Assembly: GCA_963771175.1 (NCBI GenBank)
Contig: CAVYSY010000039.1
Location: 96,001 to 160,000 of the forward strand
Direction: 5' to 3'
DNA: 64,000 nucleotides
Origin: an uncultured delta proteobacterium
GTDB lineage: Bacteria > Myxococcota > Myxococcia > Myxococcales > Myxococcaceae
Shown: in pieces, positions 11,143 to 22,485 of the stretch
Layout of the letters: each line of letters starts with the position of its first letter
How positions within the stretch are numbered: position 1 is the stretch's first letter
Program-made: the position numbers and the translations under genes
Notes under the pieces: generated by a model
Database searches by the model: none
The model's input: the letters and a program-made list of their open reading frames with translations, nothing else
Told to the model about the DNA's origin: nothing

Positions 11143-12384
11143 TCAGTGCGCGGCCCGCGCCGGACCCAGTCCCCGCCCCGCGAGTGCACTCGGGGTCTCC
11201 GAGAGCTGCTCGATGCGGAACTGGGGCAACGCGCGGAACAACAGCCAGTCCCCGCTCTCCAGCGGCCCCTTCACCAACTGCCCGGTGTCGAGCAACTGCC
11301 GACCGATGGGCACGGAGATGTCGCCGCGCGCGAGCTGGAAGCGGACCTGCTCCAGCCGGCCGTCGTCCAGTCGCACCCTGCCCTCCACGTACACGCTGTC
11401 GTCCCGGAGGAAGAGCTGGGAGCCCCCCTCCACCCGGCCGTAGGAGTTGTCCGCGAGGATGAGCTCGAACTCCTCCTCGCGGAGCAACGAGGGACAGTCC
11501 CCGCTCGGGGTGTGGCCCACCACCAGCCTGTGGATGCCCGAGCGCGCGAGCGTCTCGATGAGGCGCCGTGACGGGAGGCCGGGGTGGTTGCACTCGTCGG
11601 CCATGCGCCCGTACACCACGCTGGCGGAGTTGATCCGCTTGCCCGGGGTCGGGGCCTGATAGGCGATGAGCGGCTCCCAGAGCGGCGTGCCACGCCTGTC
11701 GAGGCGCCCCTCTGAGAAGACCTCGAGCTGCTCGCGATACCAGCGGTTGAGGGCCTCACACCAGGCGTCCACCCCCTCCACCCGACTTCCCGAGGGCACT
11801 GCCCCGAGGCTGTCCTCGTGCACCCCGCCATGGACGAAGAGCGTGTTGCCGATGCGGTGGACGAGCCGACATGCGGAGAGGTAGTCGCGCAGCGCTCCCC
11901 CGGGGCCGAGGTCCTCGAGGAAGCTGTCCACCACGTCTTCCTCGCTCACCGGCGAGCCGGTGCGGGCCAGCTCGGCCCGGCGGAACTCGAAGGCCCCGCG
12001 CGCGCCCATGGTGTTCTCGAAAATCCACCGGAGCAGCGCCGGCCGTGGGCCCTCGCGCACCTCGGCGGGAGTCCGCGCCAGGGGGTGGCCGCGCAGCTCG
12101 CGCACCAGCCGCAGCTTGTTGATGTCACGGTTGCCCGCCAGCAGCACCACCTGGGAAGGCTGCCGTCGCCAGGCCTCCAGGAGCGCCCGCACCACCCGGC
12201 GCCCATCGGGGCCGCGGTCGATGGCGTCTCCCCCATAGACGAAGGTGCGGCCCGGCCTCACCACCAGCCGCTCCCCGGACTCGTCCAGGGCGACGTGGGG
12301 GTTGTCCCGACAGAAGCTCGCCAGCTTCTCCCAGATGCCCTCCACGTCCGAGAGGTAGGCGACGGAGTAGTCGGACTTGCTCGT
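11143..12384 (-). CDS. Calcineurin-like metallophosphoesterase (start codon uncertain)
   Basis: SDVEG, GGDAIDRGP, GNRD, FVHGG, VGHTP motifs; the frame stays open upstream of the listed start to about 12384. Confidence 0.8.
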   Translation of the reverse strand, partial: TSKSDYSVAYLSDVEGIWEKLASFCRDNPHVALDESGERLVVRPGRTFVYGGDAIDRGPDGRRVVRALLEAWRRQPSQVVLLAGNRDINKLRLVRELRGHPLARTPAEVREGPRPALLRWIFENTMGARGAFEFRRAELARTGSPVSEEDVVDSFLEDLGPGGALRDYLSACRLVHRIGNTLFVHGGVHEDSLGAVPSGSRVEGVDAWCEALNRWYREQLEVFSEGRLDRRGTPLWEPLIAYQAPTPGKRINSASVVYGRMADECNHPGLPSRRLIETLARSGIHRLVVGHTPSGDCPSLLREEEFELILADNSYGRVEGGSQLFLRDDSVYVEGRVRLDDGRLEQVRFQLARGDISVPIGRQLLDTGQLVKGPLESGDWLLFRALPQFRIEQLSETPSALAGRGLGPARAAH

Positions 12385-12424
12385 TCAGGGATTTCTAACA
12401 CCCCCCGCCCCGGGCCTCAGCGCT

Positions 12425-13477
12425 TCACTTCTCGCGCAGGCTGGCGGTGTCGATCACGAAGCGGTAGCGCACATCGCCCTTGATCATGCGCTCATAGGCC
12501 TCGTTGATCTTCTGGACCGGGATCACCTCGATATCGGAGGCCACGTGGTGCTGGGCGCAGAAATCGAGCATCTCCTGCGTCTCGCGGATGCCACCGATGA
12601 GCGAGCCACCGAGCTTGCGCCGACGCATGATGAGCGGGAAGGCCGCCAGCGGGGTGGGAGCCTCCGGCACGCCAACGAGGACCATCGTGCCGTCCAACTT
12701 CAACAGGCCGAGGTAGGCGTTGTAGTCGTGCGGCGCGGAGACGGTGTCGAGGATGAAGTCGAACCGTCCGGCGAGTTCCTTGAAGGTGCTCTTGTCGGAC
12801 GTGGCGGCGAAGTGCGTGGCGCCCAGGGCCAGCGCGTCGTCGCGCTTGGAGGGCGAGGTGCTGAGCACGGTGACTTCCGCGCCCATCGCCTTGGCCAGCT
12901 TCACGCCCATGTGGCCGAGGCCGCCGAGACCGACCACGGCGACCTTGTCGCCGGGCTTCACCCCGTAGTGGCGCAGCGGCGAGTAGGTGGTGATGCCCGC
13001 GCAGAGCAGCGGCGCGGCGCGGTCCAGCGGGAGCGACTCCGGAATGCGCAGCACGTAGTTCTCGTCCACCGTGATGGCGGTGGAGTAGCCGCCATAGGTC
13101 GGCGCGCCGTCGCGTTCGCGAGCGTTGTAGGTGCTCACCATGCCGTGATCGCAGTACTGCTCCTCGCCCGAGCGGCACGGCGCGCAATCGCGACAGGAGT
13201 CCACGAAGCAGCCCACGCCGACCGCGTCGCCGACCTTGAACTTCGTGACCGCGCTGCCGGTCTTGGCGACCCGCCCGACGATCTCGTGGCCCGGCACCAT
13301 CGGGAAGATGGCGCCGCCGCCCCATTCGTCACGCGCCTGGTGGATATCCGAGTGGCACACGCCGCAGTAGAGGATGTCGATGAGCACATCGTGAGCGCGG
13401 GGCTCACGGCGCTCCAGCGAGAAAGGGGCGAGCGGGGCTTTGGCGCTCTGGGCGGCATAGGCACGGGTGGTCTGCAT
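12425..13477 (-). CDS. Zn-dependent NAD(P)-dependent alcohol dehydrogenase (cinnamyl-ADH/YahK-like)
   Basis: CGVCHSD, GHEIVG, CxxCxxC(x7)C, PLLCAGITTYSPL, GLGGLGH, VRYRFVID. Confidence 0.95.
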   Translation of the reverse strand: MQTTRAYAAQSAKAPLAPFSLERREPRAHDVLIDILYCGVCHSDIHQARDEWGGGAIFPMVPGHEIVGRVAKTGSAVTKFKVGDAVGVGCFVDSCRDCAPCRSGEEQYCDHGMVSTYNARERDGAPTYGGYSTAITVDENYVLRIPESLPLDRAAPLLCAGITTYSPLRHYGVKPGDKVAVVGLGGLGHMGVKLAKAMGAEVTVLSTSPSKRDDALALGATHFAATSDKSTFKELAGRFDFILDTVSAPHDYNAYLGLLKLDGTMVLVGVPEAPTPLAAFPLIMRRRKLGGSLIGGIRETQEMLDFCAQHHVASDIEVIPVQKINEAYERMIKGDVRYRFVIDTASLREK

Positions 13478-13585
13478 GTAGGGAGGGCTCTCCAGAAAAG
13501 AAGACGGCGCGAGTCGAGGCCCGCGCCGTCCAAGGTATTTGGTGAGCGCCCAAGGTAATCGGTGGAAACCGAGGGCGCCGCGAAA

Positions 13586-14540
<955 letters not shown>

Positions 14541-14580
14541 GGGTTCCCAGGGTAGCCCGGCGGGACGCTCGGGCAATTCC

Positions 14581-15194
14581 TCAGTCGAGCTGACCCTTGC
14601 CCTGCCGCAGCACCTCGATCTGGTCGTCGATCAGCGACACCACCGTCGAGGGCTCCATCAGCTTCACCCCACCGTCCAGGATGAGATCCACCCCGTGCCC
14701 CAGGGCGTCCTTGATGTCCTTGGCGTCGATGAGGGGCTCGCCCTCGCGCGTTCGTGGCCGAGGTGGTGACGATGGGCCGCCCCAGGGCCGCGGCCAGTGC
14801 CCGCGCCAGCCCCGAGTCCGGCACGCGGATGCCCACCTGCTTCTGCTTCGACATCATCACGTCGGGCACCAGCCGCGTGGCCTCGAGGACGAAGGTGAAG
14901 GCCCCGGGCGTCAGACTCTTCATCGTCCGGTACGCGAAGTTGCTCACGTGCGCGTACTTCGCCACGTCCGACAGGTCCGGGCACAGGAAGGACAGGGGCT
15001 TCTTCCGGTCCCGTTCCCTTGAGCTGGTACAGCTTCTCGATCCCCTTCTTCGAGCCCAGGTCGCACCCCAGGCCGTAGTAGGTGTCCGTCGGGTAGGCGA
15101 TCACCCCGCCGTTGGACAGCAACTCGACGGCGCGCTGCACGTGCCGCGGCTGCGGGTGATCCGCGTTGACCTCGAGGATGGGTGCTGACGCCAT
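14581..15194 (-). CDS. Sua5/YrdC/YciO-family L-threonylcarbamoyladenylate synthase-like protein (frameshifted)
   Basis: GGVIAYPTDTYYGLGCD, PGAFTFVL, VGIRVPD, PIVTTSA, STVVSL. Confidence 0.85.
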
Positions 15195-15205
15195 GGTGTG
15201 TCTCC

Positions 15206-16504
15206 TCAGACCGTCCCCGGTGCCTCGTCGGATCGTACCTCTCCGCTGCGCTGGAGCGCACGCCGGGTGAGCACGGGGCCGATCAGCTCGTGGGCGGTGA
15301 TCATCGCCACGATGAGCACCTCTACCTGAGGCCCGAAACCCGGAAAGGTGCGCGAGATGAGCGCCGCCAGTCCGAAAGTCACTCCCGCCTGCGAGATGAG
15401 CCCCATCCACAGGTAGCGGCCCAGGCGCGGATCCTCCGGCGGGGAGAAGCGCCGGCACGAGACGTAGATGGCCACTCCGCGCAGCGCCACCAGCAGCAGG
15501 GCCGCCGGGCCCACCGTCAGCAGCGCGTCCAGCTTGAGCCCCGCGCCGGCCGCCGCGAAGAAGAGCGCGAACACGGGCAGGCCCGCCTGCTGGATGGCAT
15601 GGTGGATGCGCTGGCCCTCGCGCTCGTCCAGGTTGGCGATCAACGCCCCGGCCGCCAGCGACACCAGCAGCGGCGACAGGTGCATGCGCGTGCCGGCCTC
15701 GGCCGAGACGAAGCTCAGCCCCACCAGGAAGAGCGGCAGCTCGCGCTTCACCCGCCGCATGTACACCAGCACCACCAGCGCCAGCACGCCGCCCACCAGC
15801 ACCGAGCCGAACAGCTCCCACCCCACCCCACCCAGCAGCCCTCCCACGTCCAGGCCGCCGCCGAAGCTCGCCCGGGTGAGTCCCGCCGCGATCGCGAAGC
15901 CCACCATCACCAGCAGGTCCCCGATGATGACCAGGGCCATGAGGAACTCGGTGAAGCTGCCGCGCGCGCTCGTCTCCTGCACGATGGCGATCGTCACCGT
16001 GGGTGAGAACGACACCACCACCGTGGACACGAGCGCGCTGACGGCCAGGGCCTGCGGCACAGTCATGGCCGCGAGGAAGGGCAGCAGCGGCTTGAGCGCG
16101 AAGAGGGCCCCGAAGATGGCCAGGAACGTCACTCCACACACCGCGGCGCACAGGGCCGCCACCTTGGCCCCCACCCGCCGGATGAGCCCGAGCTGCAGCT
16201 CCGTGCCCGCCACCAGCGCGATGAGGCTCACCGCGAGCCCCTTCACCAGCTCCAGCCCCTTCACCCCCGCGCCCGGAATGAAGCCCAGGGCATAGGGCCC
16301 CACCGCCACGCCGATCAGCAGGTAGCCGGTGAGGCGGGGCAGTCCCATCCCCTTGGCCACCTTCCCCGCGAAGAGCCCGCACAGGAGCAGCCCCCCGGCG
16401 GCGAGCGCCACCGACGTGCCGGTGTCGGCGCGCCACTCCTGGGCCCGGCCGATGGCCGCCAGCAACCCCACCAACAGCAGCAGCCGCAGGAGCGCGCCCT
16501 TCAT
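15206..16504 (-). CDS. Cation:proton antiporter family membrane protein (second of a pair)
   Basis: MKGALLRLLL start; GLPRLTGYLLIGVAVGP; about 12 hydrophobic segments; QAGVTFGLA. Confidence 0.8.
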   Translation of the reverse strand: MKGALLRLLLLVGLLAAIGRAQEWRADTGTSVALAAGGLLLCGLFAGKVAKGMGLPRLTGYLLIGVAVGPYALGFIPGAGVKGLELVKGLAVSLIALVAGTELQLGLIRRVGAKVAALCAAVCGVTFLAIFGALFALKPLLPFLAAMTVPQALAVSALVSTVVVSFSPTVTIAIVQETSARGSFTEFLMALVIIGDLLVMVGFAIAAGLTRASFGGGLDVGGLLGGVGWELFGSVLVGGVLALVVLVYMRRVKRELPLFLVGLSFVSAEAGTRMHLSPLLVSLAAGALIANLDEREGQRIHHAIQQAGLPVFALFFAAAGAGLKLDALLTVGPAALLLVALRGVAIYVSCRRFSPPEDPRLGRYLWMGLISQAGVTFGLAALISRTFPGFGPQVEVLIVAMITAHELIGPVLTRRALQRSGEVRSDEAPGTV

Positions 16505-17713
16505 GCGGTGTCTCTCCGGACCGGCACGGGCGCCGGCTCCATGACATGGCGGAAGGCGCGGCTGGCGAGCAGCTCGTTGATGACGGCCCCCGTCACCACC
16601 ACGTCGAAGACGCGCTGGGACATGAGCCCCGGCACCAGCACGAGGTACTCGATCACCAGGCACAGCGCGAGCCCGCCCTGCGCGATGAGCGCGTAGCCGA
16701 GCCGCGGCGGCAGTGCCAGCGTGCTTCCGGCGATGCGCTGCGCCGACCGCTCCTCCCAGCACCTTGCCCAGGAAGCGCAGGCCCAGGAACACCGGCAGCA
16801 GCGCCCAGGCCATCACGTCCGTCGCGCCTGGACGTGGGCGCCCACCAGGAAGACCAGCAGCAGGTACGAGGGCCGCTCGAAGCGGCCGAGCGCCCGCGCC
16901 GCCTGCTCCACCGCTCGGCCGCCCACCAGCGCCAGGGTGGCCCCGCAGGCGACCCCCGCCAGCAGCGCCGACACGCGCAGGTACGCCGCCGCCCCGGACA
17001 CCAGCGCCACCCCACCCAGCAGCACCGCCATGAGCTCGCCGTGATCGGTCAGCCCATGCATGAGGAAGGCGAGCAGCGCCGCCGCACGCCACACCCAGCA
17101 GCAGCGCGAGCGCCACCAGACCGAGCCCCTCCAGGGGGTGACCCGTCGCGCCAAAGGCGAGCGCCAGCGCGAGCACGCCCAGTCCCACCACGTCATCCAG
17201 CATGGTGAGCAGCGCCACGGACAGCCCGCGAGCCCGATCCATGCGCCCGCTACGGTAGCCCAGCACCGCGAAGTGGCCGGAGGAGAGGCTGGCCGCCGCG
17301 CCCAGCAGCGCCGCCGCGCCCACCGCCGCCCCCGGAGGCAGCCCCATGGAGAAGAGCAGCGGGCCGACCAGTGGCAGGGCCACCCATAGGAAGGCCGTCC
17401 CCGCGTGCGCCAGAGCCGCCGCGTACACCGCCCGGGGCAGCAGCCGCACCACGCGCGGGTCCAGGTTGAGGCCGATGATGACGCCCGCCACCCCGAGCCC
17501 CAGGGCGACCACCGGGCGCAGGACCGTCAGGTCACTCCACGAGAGGATGGCCAGCACGCCTGGCCCCAGCACCGCGCCGAGCGCGAGGAAGAGCAGCCCG
17601 CTGGCGGACGAGCTGCGACCAGGGCCGGAGAGCGACCCGGGTCCAAGCACCGCCCGGCTGGAGGCGAGCAATGAGAGCGCCGCGACGGCGAGGAAGACGA
17701 GCAGCGCCTGCAC
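16501..17713 (-). CDS. Cation:proton antiporter family membrane protein (first of a pair; frameshifted)
   Basis: Polytopic hydrophobic ORF with GAVLGPGVL and MLDDVVG; stop overlaps the next start; the ORF track fuses it to the next gene because of frameshifts. Confidence 0.7.
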
Positions 17714-17744
17714 GGCTCGTGCTTACACCGCCCCGCGCACGCCG

Positions 17745-18083
17745 TCACTCCCGGCGAAGTGGGGGGGCGCCGATCACCGGCAGCGCGACGAGCCGACCCA
17801 TGGGTGGATCGTCCGCGTCCATCTCGAGCTGGACGCGGTGGACGAGCCGCTCCACCTCCTCCTGCGAGAGGGAGGGCAGCAGGCTGACGAGGATGAGCCG
17901 GTCTTCGTCCGCCCCGAGCGCGAGGCTGCGCAGGCCGGCGAAGACGGGCACCTCGGCCGACAGGGTGGCCGCGGCGCTACGGGCCCGGACGACCAGCGGC
18001 TCCGGGATGCCAAACTCCCGGAGCCGCCGGATGGCCCGGTCGGGTTGATCCGCGTGATCGAGGAACGCGAGGAAGAGGTACAC
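17745..18083 (-). CDS. Small PII-like (GlnB-fold) protein
   Basis: 112 aa; pattern YLFLAFL...LREFGI...VPVFAGLRSL...ILVSLL...GRLVALPV resembles the PII-like proteins found beside CPA antiporters. Confidence 0.5.
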   Translation of the reverse strand: MYLFLAFLDHADQPDRAIRRLREFGIPEPLVVRARSAAATLSAEVPVFAGLRSLALGADEDRLILVSLLPSLSQEEVERLVHRVQLEMDADDPPMGRLVALPVIGAPPLRRE

Positions 18084-18120
18084 GACCCGTGTCTATCCGG
18101 TCCGCGGCCCTTCCGTCACG

Positions 18121-18570
18121 TTACTCGGTGCGATCTGGGCCCGGCTCGGCGGGAGGCGCGGCGGCAGATGTCCCCGCCTCCTCTGGGGCGGCGCCGCCTT
18201 CCTGCTGCTTCTCCATGGCCGCACGGGCCGCACGCTTGCCCTCCTCGATGAGCTTCTTGACCTTCTGACCGCCCTTGCGGCCGATCTCCTCGTAGAAGTT
18301 CGGGCCCCGCGTCGCCTTCACCCGGTCCCCGCCCTTCTTGCCGATCTCCTCGTAGAACTTCGCGCCGCGCTCCGCCTTGACGGTCTCTCCCCCCTTGCGA
18401 CCGATCTCCTCGTAGAAGGACCGGCCCCGTTCAGCCTTCACGGTGGCACCGCCCTTGCGGCCGATCGTCTCGTAGAACTCGCGGCCCCGCTCGTTGCGGA
18501 CAGTCTCTCCGCCCTTACGGCCCGCCTCGGCCACCGTCATGCTGCCCTTGTTGTCCTTGTCCTGCTGCAT
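18121..18570 (-). CDS. KGG-repeat general stress protein (YciG/GsiB/Con-10-like)
   Basis: MTVAEAGRKGG followed by 22-aa repeats containing FYEEIGRKGG. Confidence 0.9.
   Translation of the reverse strand: MQQDKDNKGSMTVAEAGRKGGETVRNERGREFYETIGRKGGATVKAERGRSFYEEIGRKGGETVKAERGAKFYEEIGKKGGDRVKATRGPNFYEEIGRKGGQKVKKLIEEGKRAARAAMEKQQEGGAAPEEAGTSAAAPPAEPGPDRTE
18268..18532 (-). repeat. 66-bp coding tandem repeat (KGG repeats, about 4-5 copies)
   Basis: Recurrent cccttgcggccgatctcctcgtagaa at 66-bp spacing. Confidence 0.85.
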
Positions 18571-18902
18571 GGTGTGTCTCCTCCTACTTGCTCCCCTTCC
18601 CCGCGAGGATGCCCCTTGCCTGAAAACTTGGGACGGAAGCGCCCCGATGCAAGCAAGCTCCGTACACCGCCAGCCGTTCATACCTGACAGAGCACATCCA
18701 AACCCTTGGAAATACGCGAGGTTACGGGCACATGCTGTCCCTGCGGGCTTGACTACGGCCTGCCCGCCCGGATGCTTCAGTGTCAACAACACGCCGCGGC
18801 ACATTGCCGATTCCCAGGCGCTGTCCCACCTTTCACGCCAATTCAAGGCGGGAACCCTGTTTCGGGAGGCGTGGCGTGAACGGTCACGGCGGTAGTGGCG
18901 GT

Positions 18903-19670
18903 GTGAAGCTCTGGCTCCGGCTCCTGGCCCCCGTCCTGCTCTCCATCGCGGGACTCACGACGCTGCGGTTGCTGGGACCGGACTTCGTCAATCAGCGGGA
19001 TTTGCACGCCTTCCTCGCCCCCCTGGGCAAGTGGGCGCCGCTGACCTTCATCTTCTGCCTGACGGTGCGGCCGGTGACGCTGTTGCCCGGCCAACTCTTC
19101 ACCGCGGTGGGCGGCATGATCTTCGGCACCCTCGCGGCGACGATCTATTCATTGGTGGGCAGTCTGCTGGCCTCGGCGCTCATCTACGGACTGTCGCGCT
19201 GGCTGGGGACGCGATTGATGAAGCGCTGGTCGGGGAGCCGCTACTCGGCCATCACCCGCGCGGCGCGCCGGCACGGCTTCAAGTTCGCGCTGCTCGCCTG
19301 CATCAACCCACTGCTGCCCACGGACGTGATGATCGCGGCGGCGACGGCCGCGGGGGCGCGCTTCTGGCCGCTGGCATTGGGGGTGCTGCTGGGCACCATT
19401 CCGGGCACCTTCCTCACCGCGCAGTTCGGCAGTGGACTGGCGCAGGGCCGGACCATCATGACGGTGGTGTCCGGCGTGGGGATGGTGGTGTCGCTGGTGC
19501 TGGGCGCCGTGCTCGGCCGCCGCATCTTCCAGGAGATCTCCGAGGAGGCCCCGTCCGAGGAGGAGTCCCAGACCAAGGCCCCACCGCGCGGCCCGCCGCT
19601 GGCGGCGAAGGGGCAGCTCGGCCGGCCGGAGCTCTCGACCTTCCAGGAGCTCCCGCCGCCTGGCCCGTGA
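18903..19670 (+). CDS. TVP38/TMEM64 (DedA/SNARE-associated) membrane protein
   Basis: LPGQLFTAVGGMIFG, SLVGSLLASALIYGLSRWLG, LGTIPGT. Confidence 0.85.
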   Translation: MKLWLRLLAPVLLSIAGLTTLRLLGPDFVNQRDLHAFLAPLGKWAPLTFIFCLTVRPVTLLPGQLFTAVGGMIFGTLAATIYSLVGSLLASALIYGLSRWLGTRLMKRWSGSRYSAITRAARRHGFKFALLACINPLLPTDVMIAAATAAGARFWPLALGVLLGTIPGTFLTAQFGSGLAQGRTIMTVVSGVGMVVSLVLGAVLGRRIFQEISEEAPSEEESQTKAPPRGPPLAAKGQLGRPELSTFQELPPPGP

Positions 19671-19673
19671 GGC

Positions 19674-22364
19674 TCAGGCCCGGGGCTCCTCGCGCTCCAG
19701 CGCCTCCAGGGCCGCGGTGATGGCGCCCACGAGCGCCTCCTGGTCGGCCGCCCCCTCCACCTTGGCACCCTCGCGGGTGATGTAGAACGAGTCCATCGCG
19801 CGATGGGCCTCGGTGGCCACCTTGGCGACGGCGATCCGCGCACCCGCCCCGGTGATGGCCGAGGCGATGGCGTGCAGCAGACCCACCCGATCCTGCGCCA
19901 CCACATCCACCACGGTGAAATCGCGGGAGGCGCGGTTGTCCACCGTCACCCTGGGGGCCACGGGCGGCAGGGGCCGCTGCAGGAGCGAGCCCGTGCGGCG
20001 CCGGCGCAGCACCTCCTCGAAGGAGGCCTCGCCGAGGAGGACGCGGAGGAGATCCGTCCGGGCCGCGCGCCAGCGGGAGCGCTCGAGCAGGAGCCCATGC
20101 GGAGGCCGCACGTCGAAGACGTCCAGCGCGAGCCCGTCCGAGGTGGAGACGATGCGCGCCGAGAGGATGTCGATGCGGTGGGCGGACAACACCCCGGCGA
20201 GCAGCGCGAGGAGGCCGGGCCTGTCGTGGGCCACGAGGGCCAGCTCGCTGTACCCGGCGTCCGGGTGGTGGCGCAGGGCCGCGACCAGGGGCCGCTTCCG
20301 GGCGCACGCGAGCAGCCGTCCGTGGAGCGTGGCGCGAGAGGGATCCGTGCCGAGGAAGTACCGATCGGGGAGCACCTCGCCCAGCTCGCGAGCCCGCGCT
20401 TCGCCGAGGACCCGGGCCCACCGCGCGTGGAAGCGCTCGCGCAGACGCTCGGACGGGAGCGCGCCCGAGGCCGCCGCCGTGCCGACCAGGTGGGTCCGAG
20501 CCTTGTCGTACAGCTCGCGCAGGAGCTGAGCCTTCCAGCCCGTCCACATCTTCGGCCCCACCGAGCTGATGTCCGCCCAGGTGAGGAGGTAGAGGCAGGT
20601 GAGCTTCTCCACGTCGCCCACGCTCCGAGCGAAGTCGGCGATGAGGGCCGGGTCGCTCAGGTCGCGGCGCTGGGCGGTGTGGCTCATGGTCAGGTGGTCC
20701 TTCACGAGGAACTCGGCCACCTCGCGCTGACGGGGCGAGAGACCCAGGCGCTCGCCGAGGGCCACCATCAACAGCCGCCCCTTCTCCGAGTGGTTGCCCC
20801 CCATTCCCTTCCCCGCGTCGTGCAGGAGCATGCCGAGGTAGAGCGGGAGCGGATCCTTCAGGTCGCGCATCTCACGGGAGAGCTCGGGCTCCTGCTCCAT
20901 CAACTCGCCGACGCGCAGGGAGTAGAGCCGGCGCACGGCGAAGAGGGTGTGAACGTCGACGGTGTACACATGGTACAGGTCGTGCTGGTGGTGGGCGGTG
21001 ACGCGGCCGAACTCGGGCACCACGGCGCCGAGCACCCCTGCGTCGTGCAGCTCGAAGAGGAGCTCGCCGCGAGTGCCGGGCCGGGCGAAGAGGGCCTTGA
21101 AGGCAGCGGTGACGGCGGGCGTGGCCCGAGCGGCCTCCAGCGCGGGCAGGGCCTGGATCGCCTGCTCGCGGGCCCACGAGTAGAGGGGCAGACCGTGCTC
21201 CTCGGCGGTGCGGAAGAAGTCGAGGAGGGTGGCGGGCTCGCGGGTGAAGAGGCCCGGGTCGGCCACGGTGAGCTTGCCACGGAACACCTTGAAGGCGCCG
21301 AGCCGGCGCTGGGGGAAGAGGAAGAACTTCCGAGAGGTGCTGAGTTCCTCGCAGCGGGCGATGAGCGCGTCGGCGGCCAGGCGGATGGCATTGGCGGCCA
21401 GGTAGTAGTCGCGCATGAAGGCCTCGACGGGCAGCACGGGGCCCTGCTGGTAGCCGAGGATGCGCGCCACCTCCTCCTGGAGGTCGAAGGTGAGCCGATC
21501 CTCCTTGCGGCCGCGCAGGAAGTGGAGCTGGTGGCGGATGCGCAGGAGGAAGTCGCGAGCGGCCTTGAGACGCGCCACCTGCGAGCCCGGGAGGATGGAC
21601 TGCTGCAGGAGTCCGGTGAGGCCGCGAGTGCGAAAGCGCACCCGGGCGATCCACAGGGCCGTCTCCAGATCTCTCAGACCTCCGTCGCCTTGCTTGAGGT
21701 TGGGCTCGAGGAGGAAGACGGTGTCACCGAAGCGCTCGCGACGGGAGCGCAGCTCGCGGACCTTGTCCTGGATGTAGGAGTCGGCGCGGTGGGTGAGCAG
21801 CTCGGGGAGGACGTCCTCGGCGAGCAGGTTGAAGACAGCGGAATCGCCCGTGAGGAAGCGCGAGTCGAGCAGCGCGGTGCGGATGGTGTGATCGGCATCG
21901 GCGGCGCGGGCGCACTCGGCGGGGCTACGGGCGCTCCAGCCGACGGCGCGCTTCAGGTCCCACAGGAGCGTGGGGAACGCGCGGGCCAGGGGGGCGACGG
22001 CCTGCTCGGAGACGCCGGGGCCGCGCAGGAGGAGCAGATCCAGATCCGACTGGGGAGACAGCTCGCGGCGCCCGTAGGAGCCGAGCGCGACGAGAGCGAG
22101 GCCAGAGGGCGCTTTGAGTTCGGCGGCCAGCTCGGAGAAGAGACCCTGGACGAGCCTGTCAGTGACCGCGGAGAGGAGTCGACAGGTGGACAGGCCGGCG
22201 GCGCCGCCCCGGTGGAAGGCCTCGACACGAGCGTGGGCGTCACGGAGGTAGTCACGGGCCCGGGCCAGACGGTCCTCTGACCCACCGTGGGGGAACTCGG
22301 GCAGCGAGCCGAGCACCTCACGATGGGTGGGCACTGGCGGCTGCGGGATGGGCGGGACGCTCAT
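19674..22364 (-). CDS. glnD: [Protein-PII] uridylyltransferase
   Basis: ALGSYGRRELSPQSDLDLL, LEPNLKQGDGGLRD, HVYTVDVHTL, LLHDAGKG, two ACT domains (DRPGLL, DRVGLL). Confidence 0.97.
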   Translation of the reverse strand: MSVPPIPQPPVPTHREVLGSLPEFPHGGSEDRLARARDYLRDAHARVEAFHRGGAAGLSTCRLLSAVTDRLVQGLFSELAAELKAPSGLALVALGSYGRRELSPQSDLDLLLLRGPGVSEQAVAPLARAFPTLLWDLKRAVGWSARSPAECARAADADHTIRTALLDSRFLTGDSAVFNLLAEDVLPELLTHRADSYIQDKVRELRSRRERFGDTVFLLEPNLKQGDGGLRDLETALWIARVRFRTRGLTGLLQQSILPGSQVARLKAARDFLLRIRHQLHFLRGRKEDRLTFDLQEEVARILGYQQGPVLPVEAFMRDYYLAANAIRLAADALIARCEELSTSRKFFLFPQRRLGAFKVFRGKLTVADPGLFTREPATLLDFFRTAEEHGLPLYSWAREQAIQALPALEAARATPAVTAAFKALFARPGTRGELLFELHDAGVLGAVVPEFGRVTAHHQHDLYHVYTVDVHTLFAVRRLYSLRVGELMEQEPELSREMRDLKDPLPLYLGMLLHDAGKGMGGNHSEKGRLLMVALGERLGLSPRQREVAEFLVKDHLTMSHTAQRRDLSDPALIADFARSVGDVEKLTCLYLLTWADISSVGPKMWTGWKAQLLRELYDKARTHLVGTAAASGALPSERLRERFHARWARVLGEARARELGEVLPDRYFLGTDPSRATLHGRLLACARKRPLVAALRHHPDAGYSELALVAHDRPGLLALLAGVLSAHRIDILSARIVSTSDGLALDVFDVRPPHGLLLERSRWRAARTDLLRVLLGEASFEEVLRRRRTGSLLQRPLPPVAPRVTVDNRASRDFTVVDVVAQDRVGLLHAIASAITGAGARIAVAKVATEAHRAMDSFYITREGAKVEGAADQEALVGAITAALEALEREEPRA

Positions 22365-22485
22365 GAAAGGGATCTAACGAATCTGCACCTGAATGCTGCG
22401 AGTAACGGAATGCCCGCGCGCTCAATCGTGCGAAGGTCGGCACCCGGTGCGCCCCTGGGCCGGCAGGAGCGCCCGAGGAGCCAAG

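Noticed and set aside
15206..17713. Single 835-aa fused antiporter
   Set aside because: The middle of the translation is out-of-frame sequence; two genes with an ATGA overlap at 16501-16504 fit better.
18268..18532. CRISPR array (66-bp period)
   Set aside because: The repeats are in-frame KGG peptide repeats with synonymous variation; no cas genes in the window.
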